Source: Octopus vulgaris (taxonomy: Eukaryota). Taken from it: 64,000 nt of DNA. The notes beneath the pieces are model-generated. The model had not been told where the DNA came from and did no database searches. It saw only the letters and a list, made by a program, of their open reading frames with translations. How positions within the stretch are numbered: the first letter of the stretch is position 1; each line of letters starts with the position of its first letter. The stretch spans positions 149,792,001-149,856,000 of the forward strand of contig OX597817.1 in assembly GCA_951406725.2 (NCBI GenBank), read 5' to 3'. Shown here piece after piece: positions 1 to 12,313 of this stretch. The translations under genes and the position numbers were made by a program.

Positions 1-233
1 GGGGACTATACAAATGAGTACCAGGCTTAAAAATAGTAAGTGCTCGGGTCAATTCGTTCGACAAAAGTTCTTCAAAAGATGAGATATCAACCTTCCACTT
101 AACAAAATACAGGCTTCAGGGGAATGAACCAAGTAACAGCTACAGAGAATTAAAAATGGTACGATTCTTTAAGACATGCAAACACAAATACGAAGATAGC
201 AACGGATTTGATATTTTAATACAATATATGATA

Positions 234-782
234 CGAGCAAAACGCCCCCCGTCCAATGGACGGTGCTGAGTTGTCAAACATTTAAACCAAATTTTCTCAA
301 AACAACTTGTCCGACCGCCCCATAGGCCTCCCCTTTGAGAAACACTGATTTAACCTAAATTTGAGGCACCAGCAAAAGAAGAAATAAAGATAGACTTTTT
401 TTCTATTCCAAAGAAAAACGAGTTTATTCACAAAAATATGCAGCCGAAGAGTTTAAAGTACCAGTAATGATAAGGCTGGTGACTGGGAGAACACAAACAT
501 GGTTTACATTGGCAGGAAAGAAACGTGCCTTTAAGTAGTACAAAAACAACAAAAAATGGAAGGTGCAGTTATGTACAGGTTGACGGAAGAAAAGCAGGAC
601 AAAAACGGTTTTATCGGTCGCATTCTCACCAGGAATCGATTTTTGTAATTTTTTCAAGACTTATACTCGCTCTAATACCGTCGGTATCTACATATCAAAT
701 TTGAGCGCAATCGGATGGAGGATGCCCGAGATCTTAGAAGACACACACATACACACACACAGAACGGATTTTATATAATAGA
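234..782 (-). mobile_element. Non-autonomous Helitron-like element
   Basis: On the minus strand it starts A|TCTATTATATAAAA followed by (TG)n, and ends with hairpin CCGTCCATTGGACGG then CTCG|T (CTRR-like). Insertion lies between A and T. Confidence 0.6.
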
Positions 783-1036
783 TTTGGGCTTTGTCCGCTG
801 ATGAGTGCTGGCCAACAAACAATTAGCGTTAACAAAAAATTTCTAAGTACAAAGGTCGAAAATAACTACACCGAACATGGGAATTGTAAGCAATGAAACT
901 AGATAGAAAGTAGAATAGAAAATGCTAGAGAAAAATATTAGAGATGAAAATTCCACACACACACACACATCCAACGCATTGAGTTTTCTAACGGTTAATG
1001 CTTGCACAATGTAAAATATATTTTCCTACGGCTACA

Positions 1037-1087
<51 letters not shown>

Positions 1088-1392
1088 CCTAGAGTTAAAT
1101 AATGTTAAACAATGGCTTCGATTAAGTAGCTTACGTTCGCGATAAACATTATAGATTATTAGCAACAATTATGGCTTCTAGCATATGAACAAGGTCTCAG
1201 CTGTAGAAGGGCTGGGAGGCGGGGATAGTCGATTTGATCAACAACAGTACACGATTGGTACTTAGTATATAGTATCCAAAAGATGAAAGTCAAAATCGAC
1301 TTGGGTATGAATTGAACGTAAGGAGATGTAACAAAATATCACAAGGTATTCTACTCGCCGCTATTATGATAATATTTCTTTCTTTTGTTGAA

Positions 1393-1745
1393 GGCGGCGA
1401 GCTGGCAGAAACTTTAGCACGCCGGGCGAAATGCGTAGCCGTATTTCGTCTGCCGTTACGTTCTGAGTTCAAATTCCGCCGAGGTCGACTTTGCCTTTCA
1501 TCTTTTCGGGGTCGATTAAATAAGTACCAGTTATGCACTGGGATCGATATAATCGACTTAATCTGTTTGTCTGTCCTTGTTTGTCTCCTCTGTGTGTAGC
1601 CCCTTGTGGGCAGTAAAGAAATAGGTATTTCGTCTGCCGCTACGTTCTGGGTGCAAATTCCGCCGAGGTCGACTTTGCCTTTCATCCTTTCGAGGTCGAT
1701 AAATTAAATACCAGTTGCGTGCTGGGGCCGATCTAATCAACTTGC
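1393..1745 (+). mobile_element. tRNA-derived SINE family A (GGCGGCGAGCTGGCAG... head), partial tandem dimer
   Basis: A-box-like head, GTTCAAATTCC B box, core GCCTTTCATCCTTTCGGGGTCGATAAATTAAGTACCAG, tail TAAAGAAATA; the body repeats from 1623. Confidence 0.85.
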
Positions 1746-2011
1746 CTCTTCCCTAAAATTGTTCGCTTTGGGTCAATATTTGAAATCGGTTATTTCTTAG
1801 GTTAGCACAAGGTCAACAATTTTGAGGGGTGAGGTAATCGATTGTGTTGACTTTCAGTACTTATTATATCGACCCCTAAAAGTATGAAAGATAAAGTCTG
1901 CCTGGCAGAATTTGAACTTAGAACGTAAAAGTCGCAAGAAATGGCGCAACGCATTTTGTCCGATGTGCTAAAGGTTCTGCCAGCTCTAATTATAATCCTT
2001 TCTATTATAAA

Positions 2012-2168
2012 GCGCAGGAGTGGCTGTGTGGTAAGTAGCTTGCCTACCAACCACATGGTTCCGGATTCAGTCCTACTGCGTAGCAACTTTGGCAAGCGTC
2101 TTCTACTATAGCCTCGGGCTGACCAAAGCCTTATGAGTGGATTTGACGGAAACTGAAAGAAGCCCAAC

Positions 2169-2230
<62 letters not shown>

Positions 2231-2625
2231 ATGTTTGTGTACCTGTGTCTATCTTCGACAAAAGACACCGGTAGAATAAGTACTAGGCTTACAAAAAAAT
2301 AAGTCCTGGGGTTGATTTGTTCGACTAAAAAGCGGCGAGCTGGCAGAATCGTGAGCACGCCGGGCGAAATACCGGTATTTCGTCTGTCGTTACGTTCCGA
2401 GTTCAATTCCGCCGAGGTCGACTTTGCCTTTCATTCTTTCGGGGTCGATAAATTAAGTACCAGTTACGCATTGAGGTCGATGTAATAGACTTAATCCCTT
2501 TGTCTGTCCTTGTTTGTCCCCTCTGTATATTACCCTTGTGGGCAATAAGGAAATAATAAGCGGTGCCCCAGCATGACAGCAGTCAAATAACTGAAACAAG
2601 TAAAAGAAGAAAAAGTACAAAAGAA
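2012..2625 (+). mobile_element. SINE family B (GCAGGAGTGGCTGTGTGGTAAG... with internal TA/TG microsatellite), interrupted by a family A copy at ~2332-2560
   Basis: Matches the family B copies at 35190, 41143 and 47180; the body resumes after the family A insertion (…taaaaagcgg / aataagcggtgcccc). Confidence 0.8.
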
Positions 2626-2940
2626 TATAAGGAGAAAGCCAAATATTTTGGGGGAAGGAATTAGTCGATTACATCGAACCCAGTACTCGACTGGTACTTA
2701 TTTTATCGAAAGGATAAAAAAAAAAAACTAGGTCGACCAAGCGTAAAGCTGGAAGAAATACCGTTTTGTCCGGCACGCTAACGACTCTGATATCTCACCG
2801 CCGGTTTTTGATCTTAACTGTTTGGAAATGTCATCGTGTACAGGTTTTGTGTTGGTTTAAAAGATGGGCCATGTGGTTGGGAAGCAAACATCTTACCACA
2901 CAGCCACGCCTGCGCCTAGCAAACTTCTTACCACAGAACC

Positions 2941-3009
<69 letters not shown>

Positions 3010-3012
<3 letters not shown>

Positions 3013-3570
3013 GCCCTGATGCAGTACCAGGCAGTGGCTCGCATGGCTTCTGATCTTAACTGATTGGAAGTGTTATCATGTACGTTGTTTTGTCTTGGTA
3101 TAAAAGATGGGCTACAGCAAATATTCTGCTCAATACCACAGATTTGCTTGTCAGTTGCTTGACCTTAACCAGTTGAGCATGTCCCTTGGTGGCTGACGAT
3201 ATGTGCATCTCTGATCACGAGCAGAAGTAGTGGGGGAGCATCATAGCCATGTGTTGAGAGGGATTCTTTGGGGTTTGAATAATTCACCTCTGGAAACATG
3301 GGTGGTTCTTTCAACATCCTTAAACAACCCTTATTCAGGGACCTTTTGAGCGGGATGGGCTACTCAACCTGAAGAAAATTTTAACTGGGCCCCACCTGCA
3401 AGGTCATGTGCTGTTTATCTTGATATGAGATCACCATGTCGCGCACATATGGTTGTGATGCATGTGCCTGGTGTACCCTTATCAGACGGATAGTCATGAT
3501 GGGTATATTGGGCTTCGTATATTTTACCCCAATGTCACTTTGATGGCATGCACTGCTCTCTCACTCAATA
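3010..3570 (+). mobile_element. Probable 3' region of a non-LTR retroelement inserted in (AAT)n
   Basis: Higher-GC block flanked by (AAT)n on both sides (2940-3010, 3568-3661); a degenerate piece of the same sequence lies at ~2806-2870. Confidence 0.5.
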
Positions 3571-3579
3571 ATAATAAAG

Positions 3580-3663
<84 letters not shown>

Positions 3664-4140
3664 GCCACAATTACAACTTCAAATTGGAAGAACTGTACCA
3701 GGAGTATGATTTACACTAAAAGAAAACTAATGATACCTATTGATCTATATATATATTGATGATCGATATCTTTGATTTACCTATTGAAACTCTTTCTAAC
3801 ATAGTTCTACTCTCATTTTCATGTCTGAACGAAATTGATTTCTCCTCTTTGTTTACACACTCCCGACAACGGCACAATTCTTTCATTTGTATTGCATTTA
3901 CCGACAACTATTTCATCCACAATAAAAATGAATGCTCCCTTTGTAGAGTCAAATTTAGCAGTTCATTAAACAACATGGAAAGAACCGGGAAAGGGCGTGG
4001 GTATGATGGTACGGTGTCCTGATTATCTTGATGAAGACAAGACGAAGACACCGTTGATAACTGCATTTATCAGATGCTTCAGTTCTAATATACACGTTCT
4101 CACGTGCACACGCGGGCGATATATGAATGTATGTTCTTAA

Positions 4141-4558
4141 GGCGGCGAGCTGGCAGAAACATTAGCACGCCGGGCGAACTGTCTAGCGGTATTTCGTCTG
4201 CCGCTACGTTCTGGGTTCAAATTCCGCCGAGGTCGACTTTGCCTTTCATTCTTTCGGGGTCGATTAAATAAGTACCAGTTTCGCACTGGAGTCGATATAA
4301 TCGACTTAATCCGTTTGTCTGTCCTTATTTGTCCTCTCTGTGTTTAGCCCCTTGTGGATAGTAAAGAAATAGGTATTTCGTCTGCCGTTACGTTGTGAGT
4401 TCAAATTCCACCGAGGTCGACTTTGCCTTACATCCTTTCGGAGTCGATAAATTAAGTACCAGTTACGCACTTGGGTCAATGTAAATGAATTAATCCCTTT
4501 GTCTGTCCTTGTTTGTCCCCTCTATGTTTAGCCCCTTGTGGGCAATAAAGAAATAATA
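4141..4558 (+). mobile_element. SINE family A, tandem dimer
   Basis: Full head followed by a second body starting at ~4370. Confidence 0.85.
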
Positions 4559-4754
4559 GGAATGCATGTTCTTTATATCACCTTTATATTGGCAAGGTTA
4601 GTCCACATAACCCCGTTAGGAGCACAAGGCCGGTTTCCCAGTTTCTCCGTTTTATTTCCTAGTGTTGGATAAACGAAGCAGCTGAGGAAAAGTATTTACA
4701 TGGCGCAATGCGACTACTGTTACACGAGGTTAAACGCTCTCAGTCACGGCTCAC

Positions 4755-4845
4755 AGTGGCACCTCGAGCGTTTTCTACTATAGCCTCGGGCCGACCAAAG
4801 CCTTGTGAGTGGATTTGGTAGGCGGAAACTGAAAGAAGCCCGTCG

Positions 4846-4891
<46 letters not shown>

Positions 4892-4899
4892 TATGTATG

Positions 4900-4932
<33 letters not shown>

Positions 4933-5142
4933 CTGTATTGACTCCCCCCATACACACACAATTGCATGACAACCGATGTTGGTGTGTTTACGTCCTCGTA
5001 ACTTAGCGGTTCGGCAAAAGAGACCAATAGAATAAGTGCTAGGCTTGCAAAGAATAAGTCCTGGGGTCGATTTGTTCGACTAAAGGCGGTGCTCCAGCAT
5101 GGCCGCAGTCAAATGGCTGAAACAAATAAAAGAACAAAAGAA
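4755..5142 (+). mobile_element. SINE family B, 5'-truncated
   Basis: Matches the family B body including the internal (TA)n(TG)n and the GAAACAA…AAAAGA tail. Confidence 0.8.
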
Positions 5143-5759
5143 TATGTTGTTGTTGTTGTTGTTGTTGTTGTTGTCGTCGTCGTCGTCGTCGTCGTCGTTG
5201 TTGTTGTTTAACCGTAGGTTAGACCTGATTCACCAGACTTATGATCAAAGGCTTTCTGGCTTTGAACATTCCCATTTTTGTTTTGGCTATAATATATCAT
5301 TCCCTTTTCTTAAGACAATAGGTGATTTGGGGACCACAGAGTCGCCATCTACATAAAAAAAAAGCAATAGTTAAATTAGTGTTACATTTACTATAGGGAA
5401 CGCGCGTTAAACAGCTTAGAAATTTCAATTTAACTTTACATTGATCTCCGTATTAAATGTTGGCAATAATTTGACTTTCATAAATCTACCGTGCAAACCG
5501 TCCGCGTATAAGACAAATTCAAACACTTTCTCTCAAAATATTTTTGTTTCAAATTTGTCACATAATTCATTAACATTCACACTTAACACTGACACTAATT
5601 ACTCACGGGTTGCTTTTAATTTAATATTATGGTCTGTGGTGGTTGCAGCGGAAATTTCCTTTTCTATAGATTTGGGGAAAGATGTCTTTCCTTACAAAAC
5701 AGCCAGAAATATGTCACTTGGGTTTTAAATTGAAAAGAAACGAAATAATTTACTGAATA

Positions 5760-6240
5760 TCTATTTCTTTATTACCCACAAGGGGCTAAACACAGAGGAG
5801 ACAAACAAGGACAGACATAGGTATTAAGTCGATTACATCGACCCCAGTGCGTAACTGGTACTTAATTTATCGACCCCGAAAGGATGAAAGGCAAAGTCGA
5901 CCTCGGCGGAATTTGAACTCACAACGCAACGCAGGCGAAATACCGCTAAGCATTTCGCCCGGCGTACTAACGTTTCTGCCAGCTCGCCGATATTTACTGA
6001 ATATCGTGACACTCCGATGGCTACGACGACGAGGGTTCCAATTGGTCCGATCAACGGAAAAGCCTGCTCGTGAAATTAACGAGCAGACACGTATACCCTT
6101 AACATAGTTCTCGCGGAGACTCAGCGTGACAAGACTGGTCCTTTGAAATACATGTACAACAGAAACAGGAAGAAAGAATGAGAGAAAGAATACTGCAGGG
6201 TTCGCCATCATCTCCTGCCGGAGCCTCATGGAGATTTGGG
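5760..6240 (-). mobile_element. SINE family A (5760-5990) next to a SINE family C fragment (~6010-6240)
   Basis: Reverse complements of family A and of the family C element at 38232. Confidence 0.75.
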
Positions 6241-6241
6241 T

Positions 6242-7505
6242 GGCATCGGAAAACCTGGCAAGAAAAGAAACCGGATACTTTTGACAGCAATTACCCCCCG
6301 GAAAATACAAGGCGCCAAATGAAATGATTTAATCAGCGTTTACGAGGTCAGAAGAGCAGCCAACACGCAGTAGCCATCACGATCTGAAAGCACCATCAGA
6401 AGCTGCCAAGAATGTCATAAGACTCCTGATAAGCAGACTCAAGTTGAACTTTCAATGGCAATGATGCAGAGAAAGTTCCAATATGAATTGGCATCATTTG
6501 ATTGATAGGCACCTTCAGCTGATAAACCTACCATTGGAACGATGCCCTGAGGATGGATGCTGACCGGTCCTGCTAGAGTGCTTTGTCTGCCTCATGCGTC
6601 ATCCGTTAAGGGGATAGCTATCTCTAAATATCCACCCCCATCTCATAAATGTGTGACTGGGTATCAGAGATCAGAATGTATTTCTTTACTACCCACAAGG
6701 GGCTAAACATAGAGGGGACAAACAAGGGCAGACAAAGGGAATAAGTCAATTACATCGACCCAGTGCGAAACTGGTACTTTATTTATCGACCCCGAGAGTA
6801 TGAAAGGCAAAGTCGACCTCGGCGGAATTTGAACTCAGAGCGTAACGGCAGACGAAATACGGCTACGCATTTCGCCCGGCGTGCTAACGATTTGGCCATC
6901 TCGCCGCCTTTTTCAGAGATCAGAATGGATTATTTCGTCAACGACAGTGACGTAGCAGGCGCACGTGATGCCGGATTAGATGTAGCTAACAGTATTCAGT
7001 TCTGTCCCGCTGCGTTCTGAATTTCAATCTCACTATGTTCAAATTTGATTTTCATTCCTATAAGATCAATAAACAAGTACCAAGTACATGTACTGACACC
7101 GATTCGGTCCTCTCTGTCACTCTCTGACCTATTTGTGGCCTTGTGCCAATCACAGAAATCATTACTTACTCATGAAAATCTATGTAAAAATCAATATAAA
7201 GAATTTATTTACGGAAATAAAGGAATATTGCCAATACGGTTTGTTCGATATAAAATCCAATTATAAAGGATGTAAGGTTACACCTAGAATTTCAATGTCG
7301 ACAATATGTTTCAAGTAAATAAATCACAAAACGGAACTAAATTTAATAAAGATTGAAACAAAAAAAAATGGAGGCCAAAGCGAAAGATATATGAGATGCA
7401 AGTTTAATTTTGTTTCTACTCCTGTGAAATTTCGTTTTTCATTCGTTGCATTTTATAAGAATTTTCTAATACCGCCATCATTGTTATCACGTTATGTTAT
7501 AGTTA
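6242..7505 (+). repeat. Left arm of a long inverted duplication (partner 11242-12313); contains an RTE-type LINE 3' remnant and an old SINE
   Basis: Reverse-complement match to 11242-12313; ORFs 7133..7318(+) and 11433..11618(-) translate identically. 6250-6610 reads as a decayed RTE C-terminus (…KKLDAFDS..RKI.G.KWND.IS..EVRR…, clearer in the right arm). Confidence 0.9.
6679..6912 (-). mobile_element. SINE family A with 15-bp TSD
   Basis: TCAGAGATCAGAATG at 6664-6678 and 6913-6927; the right arm carries the empty site. Confidence 0.92.
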
Positions 7506-7566
7506 CATTTTATCGATGTTATATTCTTAGTGTATAACAAACGAATTATGAACACTAATAGTTAAA

Positions 7567-7732
7567 GGTGCAGATGTGGTTGTGTGGTAAGAAGTTTGCT
7601 TCCCGACTACATCACTCCGGGTTCAGTTCCACTGCGTGGCACTTTAGGCAGGAGTCGTCTGCTATAGACTCGGGCCAGCCAAACCATTACAGGTGGATTT
7701 GGTAGACGGGAACTGAAAAAGAGCCTGTCCTA

Positions 7733-7770
<38 letters not shown>

Positions 7771-7985
7771 AGTGTGTGGGTGTGTGCACGCACGTGAGCG
7801 TGTGTGTACATGCACGCGTGTGTATGTGTGTGTTTGCACGCCTGTGTGTGTGTATCTTTGTGTTTGTCCTTCACCACCGCTTGGTTCAGTAATTGAGACC
7901 GATACTGAGGTCAATTCGTTTGACTAACATTATTTAAGGCATGGCCGGAGTCTAATAACCGAAACAAGTGAAAGATAAAAGATGT
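7567..7985 (+). mobile_element. Diverged SINE family B
   Basis: Head GTGGTTGTGTGGTAAGAAGTTTGC, internal (TG)n, tail GAAACAAGTGAAAGATAAAAGA. Confidence 0.7.
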
Positions 7986-8765
7986 ATGCGACCTATAATG
8001 TAGGCACAACGACAACCATTCAAGTGGAAGTATTTAGTTATATATTTTATATCGCTATTGGAGAATTATGACTCGTTGATTACAGGCTTCCAGCCAGCCA
8101 TTGGGTTGCGGCGTTTCAGACGGTAAAACTGTAAGGGGTTATTTGTAACTTAGTGCAGAACAAACACTATAAAGGTCTTCGCTTGAAAAAACACAGGGTT
8201 TTCATTGCTTTTATTGTTTTTTCTTGTCGATATTTACATCCGTTGTTGATATCCGTCGGCGAAATTACATACATATAGAAGCACACACACACACACACAT
8301 ACACACATTTGACAGGCTTTCATATAGTTGCCTTCTATCAAATGCCATTGGTTTTGCGGGAAGATATTCGTTTATACGTTATATTTGTACACAAGAATAA
8401 CAAAATGAACTCAATCCAACTGAATTTTAGCTATCTATAAACGGATCATCTCATCCTCAGAATTTGCTTGAAATACAAGCCACCTGGCAACAATGAGTTC
8501 TAGAAATTTCACATTTAATACTAGCTATAAAACTTTGAGTAATTATTTCAGCAAAGAAAAGTCGATAGAGTAAGTAGCAGATCGGATAAAAATACTTTGC
8601 AATATTTATTTCTCTTTAGATCAGAGACTAAATGCAGTTAGCTAATAACTGATCTGTTGGAAACCTGTAATTAACGACGTTATAATCCACTAATAGCAAT
8701 ATAAAATATATAACTATACACTTTCCCTTAAATGTGTGCCCTTATGGCTATGCTAGAAATCATAG

Positions 8766-10236
8766 ATTATTATTATCATATATTTGACTTTTGCTTTGTA
8801 TTTGTACAAGTTAACTCCAAGTCTCACCCAGAGACTTCAAGAGACAAGTTAAAAGTTCGTGTTGGCGTTATGCCTAAGGTGTCATAAATTTGGTTTTGCA
8901 CATAGTATTGTTCTAGAAAACGTTTAAGAAAACAAGAAAATTATAAGTTTGTTTTAAAATTTGAGATTACATAGACAGTATTTTACGTAGGATGTGGGTA
9001 GTTTCCATGAGCACTATCTTTCCTGCCATTTTGGGGCTTCCTGGTATCTGAGCTAGGTAGCAATCAGCCTCCTTTGCTATCATTCTTAGGGCACCTATGA
9101 CAACAGCTATTGTTTTAGTCTTCAGGTTCCATATTTTGCCAATTTCTATTTCAAGATCTTTATACTTGCTCAGTTTTTGGTAGGTCTTGACAGATACGTT
9201 TATATCGATTGAGACAGTCATATCAATGAGGAAGCATGATTTTTGTCTGAAGTCTTTCAATATAATGTCTGGCCTATTCGCACCTATCTTTCTGTCAGTT
9301 TGAAAGGTGAAGTTCGATAGGAGTGAGATGTGATCATTTTCAAGCACTGGAGGTGGTTTGTGTTCTCATCAATTTTTATCATGTGGTAGATCCATATGTA
9401 CTGTGCTGCTCTATCATGCCTGATTATATACTCTGTAGGCGCAAGAAGCATGCACATGAAGACAACATGATCAATGATTTCATTTTGTTGTTTACATACA
9501 AGACATGTTGGGCTACTGCTGTTCTTCAAAATGTTGATCTGGTAGTTTCTTCTAGGTAGGCATTGATCTTGGGCTGCTTTGACAAACCCTTCTGTTTCTG
9601 ACTTTAAGCCAGAAGACACAAACCATTTACGGGTAAGGGCTTTGTCAACATCGGCATTATTAGCTCTCTTTAGGTATTTGCCATTGAGAGGTTTTTCTTG
9701 TCATTTACCAGTAAGAATTTCTAAGGCAGCAGTTTTAGCACTGGTTTTCATACGCATAGCTTTTTCAGTGATTTTTTCTAGTACATCTAATTCTGGGATT
9801 TGTTCCATTTGGAATTCACTTAGATATTCCTTTGCCAGTTTTGTTACTGAGTATGATGCTTTCTTGTTTTCATGCTTTAAGAGAAGTTTTAAGATCCAGT
9901 CATCAGAGTTTTTCAGGTAGGTGTTTAGGACAACTGTGGCAATCTTCATTGTTATTTCCAGTTGTAAAAGTCCACGACCACCCTCTTTTCTCGAGGTAAA
10001 GTCGTTCTATATCTGCCTTAGGGTGGTACATTCTATGCATTGTCAACAGTTTTCGTATTTTTCTGTCAAGATTACATATTTCAGTAATTGACCAGTTAAC
10101 GATATTGAAACTGTAAGTCACGATTGGTATGGCTAAAGTATTGATCGCTTCGATCCTGTTTCTTGCATTCAGCTCTGTCTTGAGTATTACCCTTACCCTG
10201 CGATAACATACTCTTCGGATCCTTTCCCTCATCATT
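8766..10236 (-). mobile_element. R4/Dong-type non-LTR retrotransposon, 5'-truncated and frameshifted (RT thumb, CCHC finger, restriction-like endonuclease)
   Basis: Fragments LKTELNARNRIEAINTLAIP, GLKSETEGFVKAAQDQCL, C..C….H…C, RHD, TDRKIGANRPDI…LIDMTV…KLSKYKDLEIEI (PD-D/ExK); (AAT)-like tail near 8766. Confidence 0.9.
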
Positions 10237-10239
10237 GAA

Positions 10240-10317
10240 TCTTCTTCTTCTTCTTCTTCTTCTTCTTCTTCTTCTTCTTCTTCTTCTTCTTCTTCTTCTT
10301 CTTCTTCTTCTTCTTCT
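10240..10317. repeat. (CTT)n microsatellite
   Basis: Pure trinucleotide run separating two LINE fragments. Confidence 0.95.
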
Positions 10318-10900
10318 GTTTTGGTTTATTTTCTTTGATGGTCCGGTCTGTACATACTGGAAAGTCCCAAAGAATCGTTACATTTTCTCCCTCAATTACA
10401 GCCTCTGGGTGGAGCCAGTACCATTTGTCAGCAGTTTTGATTTTGTAATGTCGACACATCCAGTGTAGATATTGGCCAACTCTGTCACGTCTTGATTTGT
10501 ACTCTACAGGTATTAAAACCTTACACCCATGTATTAGGCGGTCCACCATTTCAATCTCATCGTTAGAGTATCGGCATTTTGGGTCTACTCCATTTTTCAT
10601 CCCATTGGCTTGTTAGTTCCGGGTCAGTAATTTCTGATATTGAGCAGCCAAGATAAAGCCTTCACTCTCCGTCTTTAGCCCTGAGCTCCGTAGCCACTGA
10701 TGGGTGTGCTTCTGGTCTACACCAGCTTGTCTATTACGAGCCACATATTTGCCATGCAGCGGTTTTTGATCCTGCCTATCAGCCAATTGTTCAAACGCAT
10801 TTTGCTTTGTTATTGATTTCACCTTCTTTGCAACTACAGTTGCTACACTTCCACCAAGCTGTTCAACCTGCGTAGCATACATAAACTCGCTAGCAAATAT
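10318..10900 (-). mobile_element. Second R4/Dong-type LINE fragment (different copy or subfamily)
   Basis: KPLHGKY…WLRSSGLKTESEGFILAAQ, then decayed CCHC, RDRVGQYLHW, ENVTILWDFPVCTDRTIK. Confidence 0.85.
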
Positions 10901-10914
10901 TTTGCTCTCCTTAT

Positions 10915-11200
<286 letters not shown>

Positions 11201-11241
11201 GATTCATGTACTACACACAGGTATACAGTATCAAAAAAATA

Positions 11242-12313
11242 TAACTGTAATATAACATGATAATGATATTGTTGGCGGTATTAGCAAATTCTTATAAAAT
11301 GCAACGAATGAAAAACGAAATTTCACAGGAGTAGAAACAAAATTAAACTTGCATCTCATATATCTTTCGCTTTGGCCTCCATTTTTTTTTTGTTTCAATC
11401 TTTATTAAATTTAGTTCCGTTTTGTGATTTATTTACTTGAAACATATTGTCGACATTGAAATTCTAGGTGTAACCTTACATCCTTTATAATTGGATTTTA
11501 TATCGAACAAACCGTATTGGCAATATTCCTTTATTTCCGTAAATAAATTCTTTATATTGATTTTTACATAGATTTTCATGAGTAAGTAATGATTTCTGTG
11601 ATTGGCACAAGGCCACAAATAGGTCAGAGAGTGGCAGAGAGGACTGAATCGGTGTCAGTACATGTACTTGGTACTTGTTTATTGATCTAATAGGAATGAA
11701 AATCAAATTTGAACATAGTGAGATTGAAATTCAGAACGCAGCGGGACAGAACTGAATAATGTTAGCTACATCTAATCCGGCATCACGTGCGCCTGCTACG
11801 TCACTGTCGTTGACGAAATATTTCATTCTGATCTCTGATACCCAATCACAAATTTATGAGAAGCGGGGTGGATATAACCGAGATAATTAACCCCAATACC
11901 TGACTTATTTAGATATAGGCACCCCCTTAACGGATGACGCATGAGGCAGACAAAGCACTCTAGCAGGATCGGTCAGCTTCGATCCTCAGGGCATCGTTCC
12001 AATGGTAGGTTTATCAGCTGAAGGTCCCTATCAATCAAATGATGCCAATTCATATTGGAACTTTCTCTTCATCATTGCCGTTGAAAGTTCATCTTAAGAA
12101 ATTGGTTGGTGAGTCTGCTCATCCGGAGTCTTACGACATTCTCAGCTGCTTCTGATGGTGCTTTCAGATGGTGATGGACACTGCATGATGGTCTGCTCTT
12201 CTTCTGACCTCTTAAACGCTGATTAAATCATTCCATTTGGCATCCAGTATTTTCCGGAGGTATTTGCTGTCAAAAGCGTCCAGTTTCTTTTCTTGCCAGG
12301 TTTTCCTATGCCA
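11242..12313 (-). repeat. Right arm of the long inverted duplication
   Basis: Reverse complement of 6242-7505 without the 6679-6912 SINE. Confidence 0.9.

Noticed and set aside
7133-7318. Duplicated 61-aa gene in the inverted arms
   Set aside because: Starts at GTG inside a decayed SINE with no recognisable domain; identity reflects the DNA duplication.
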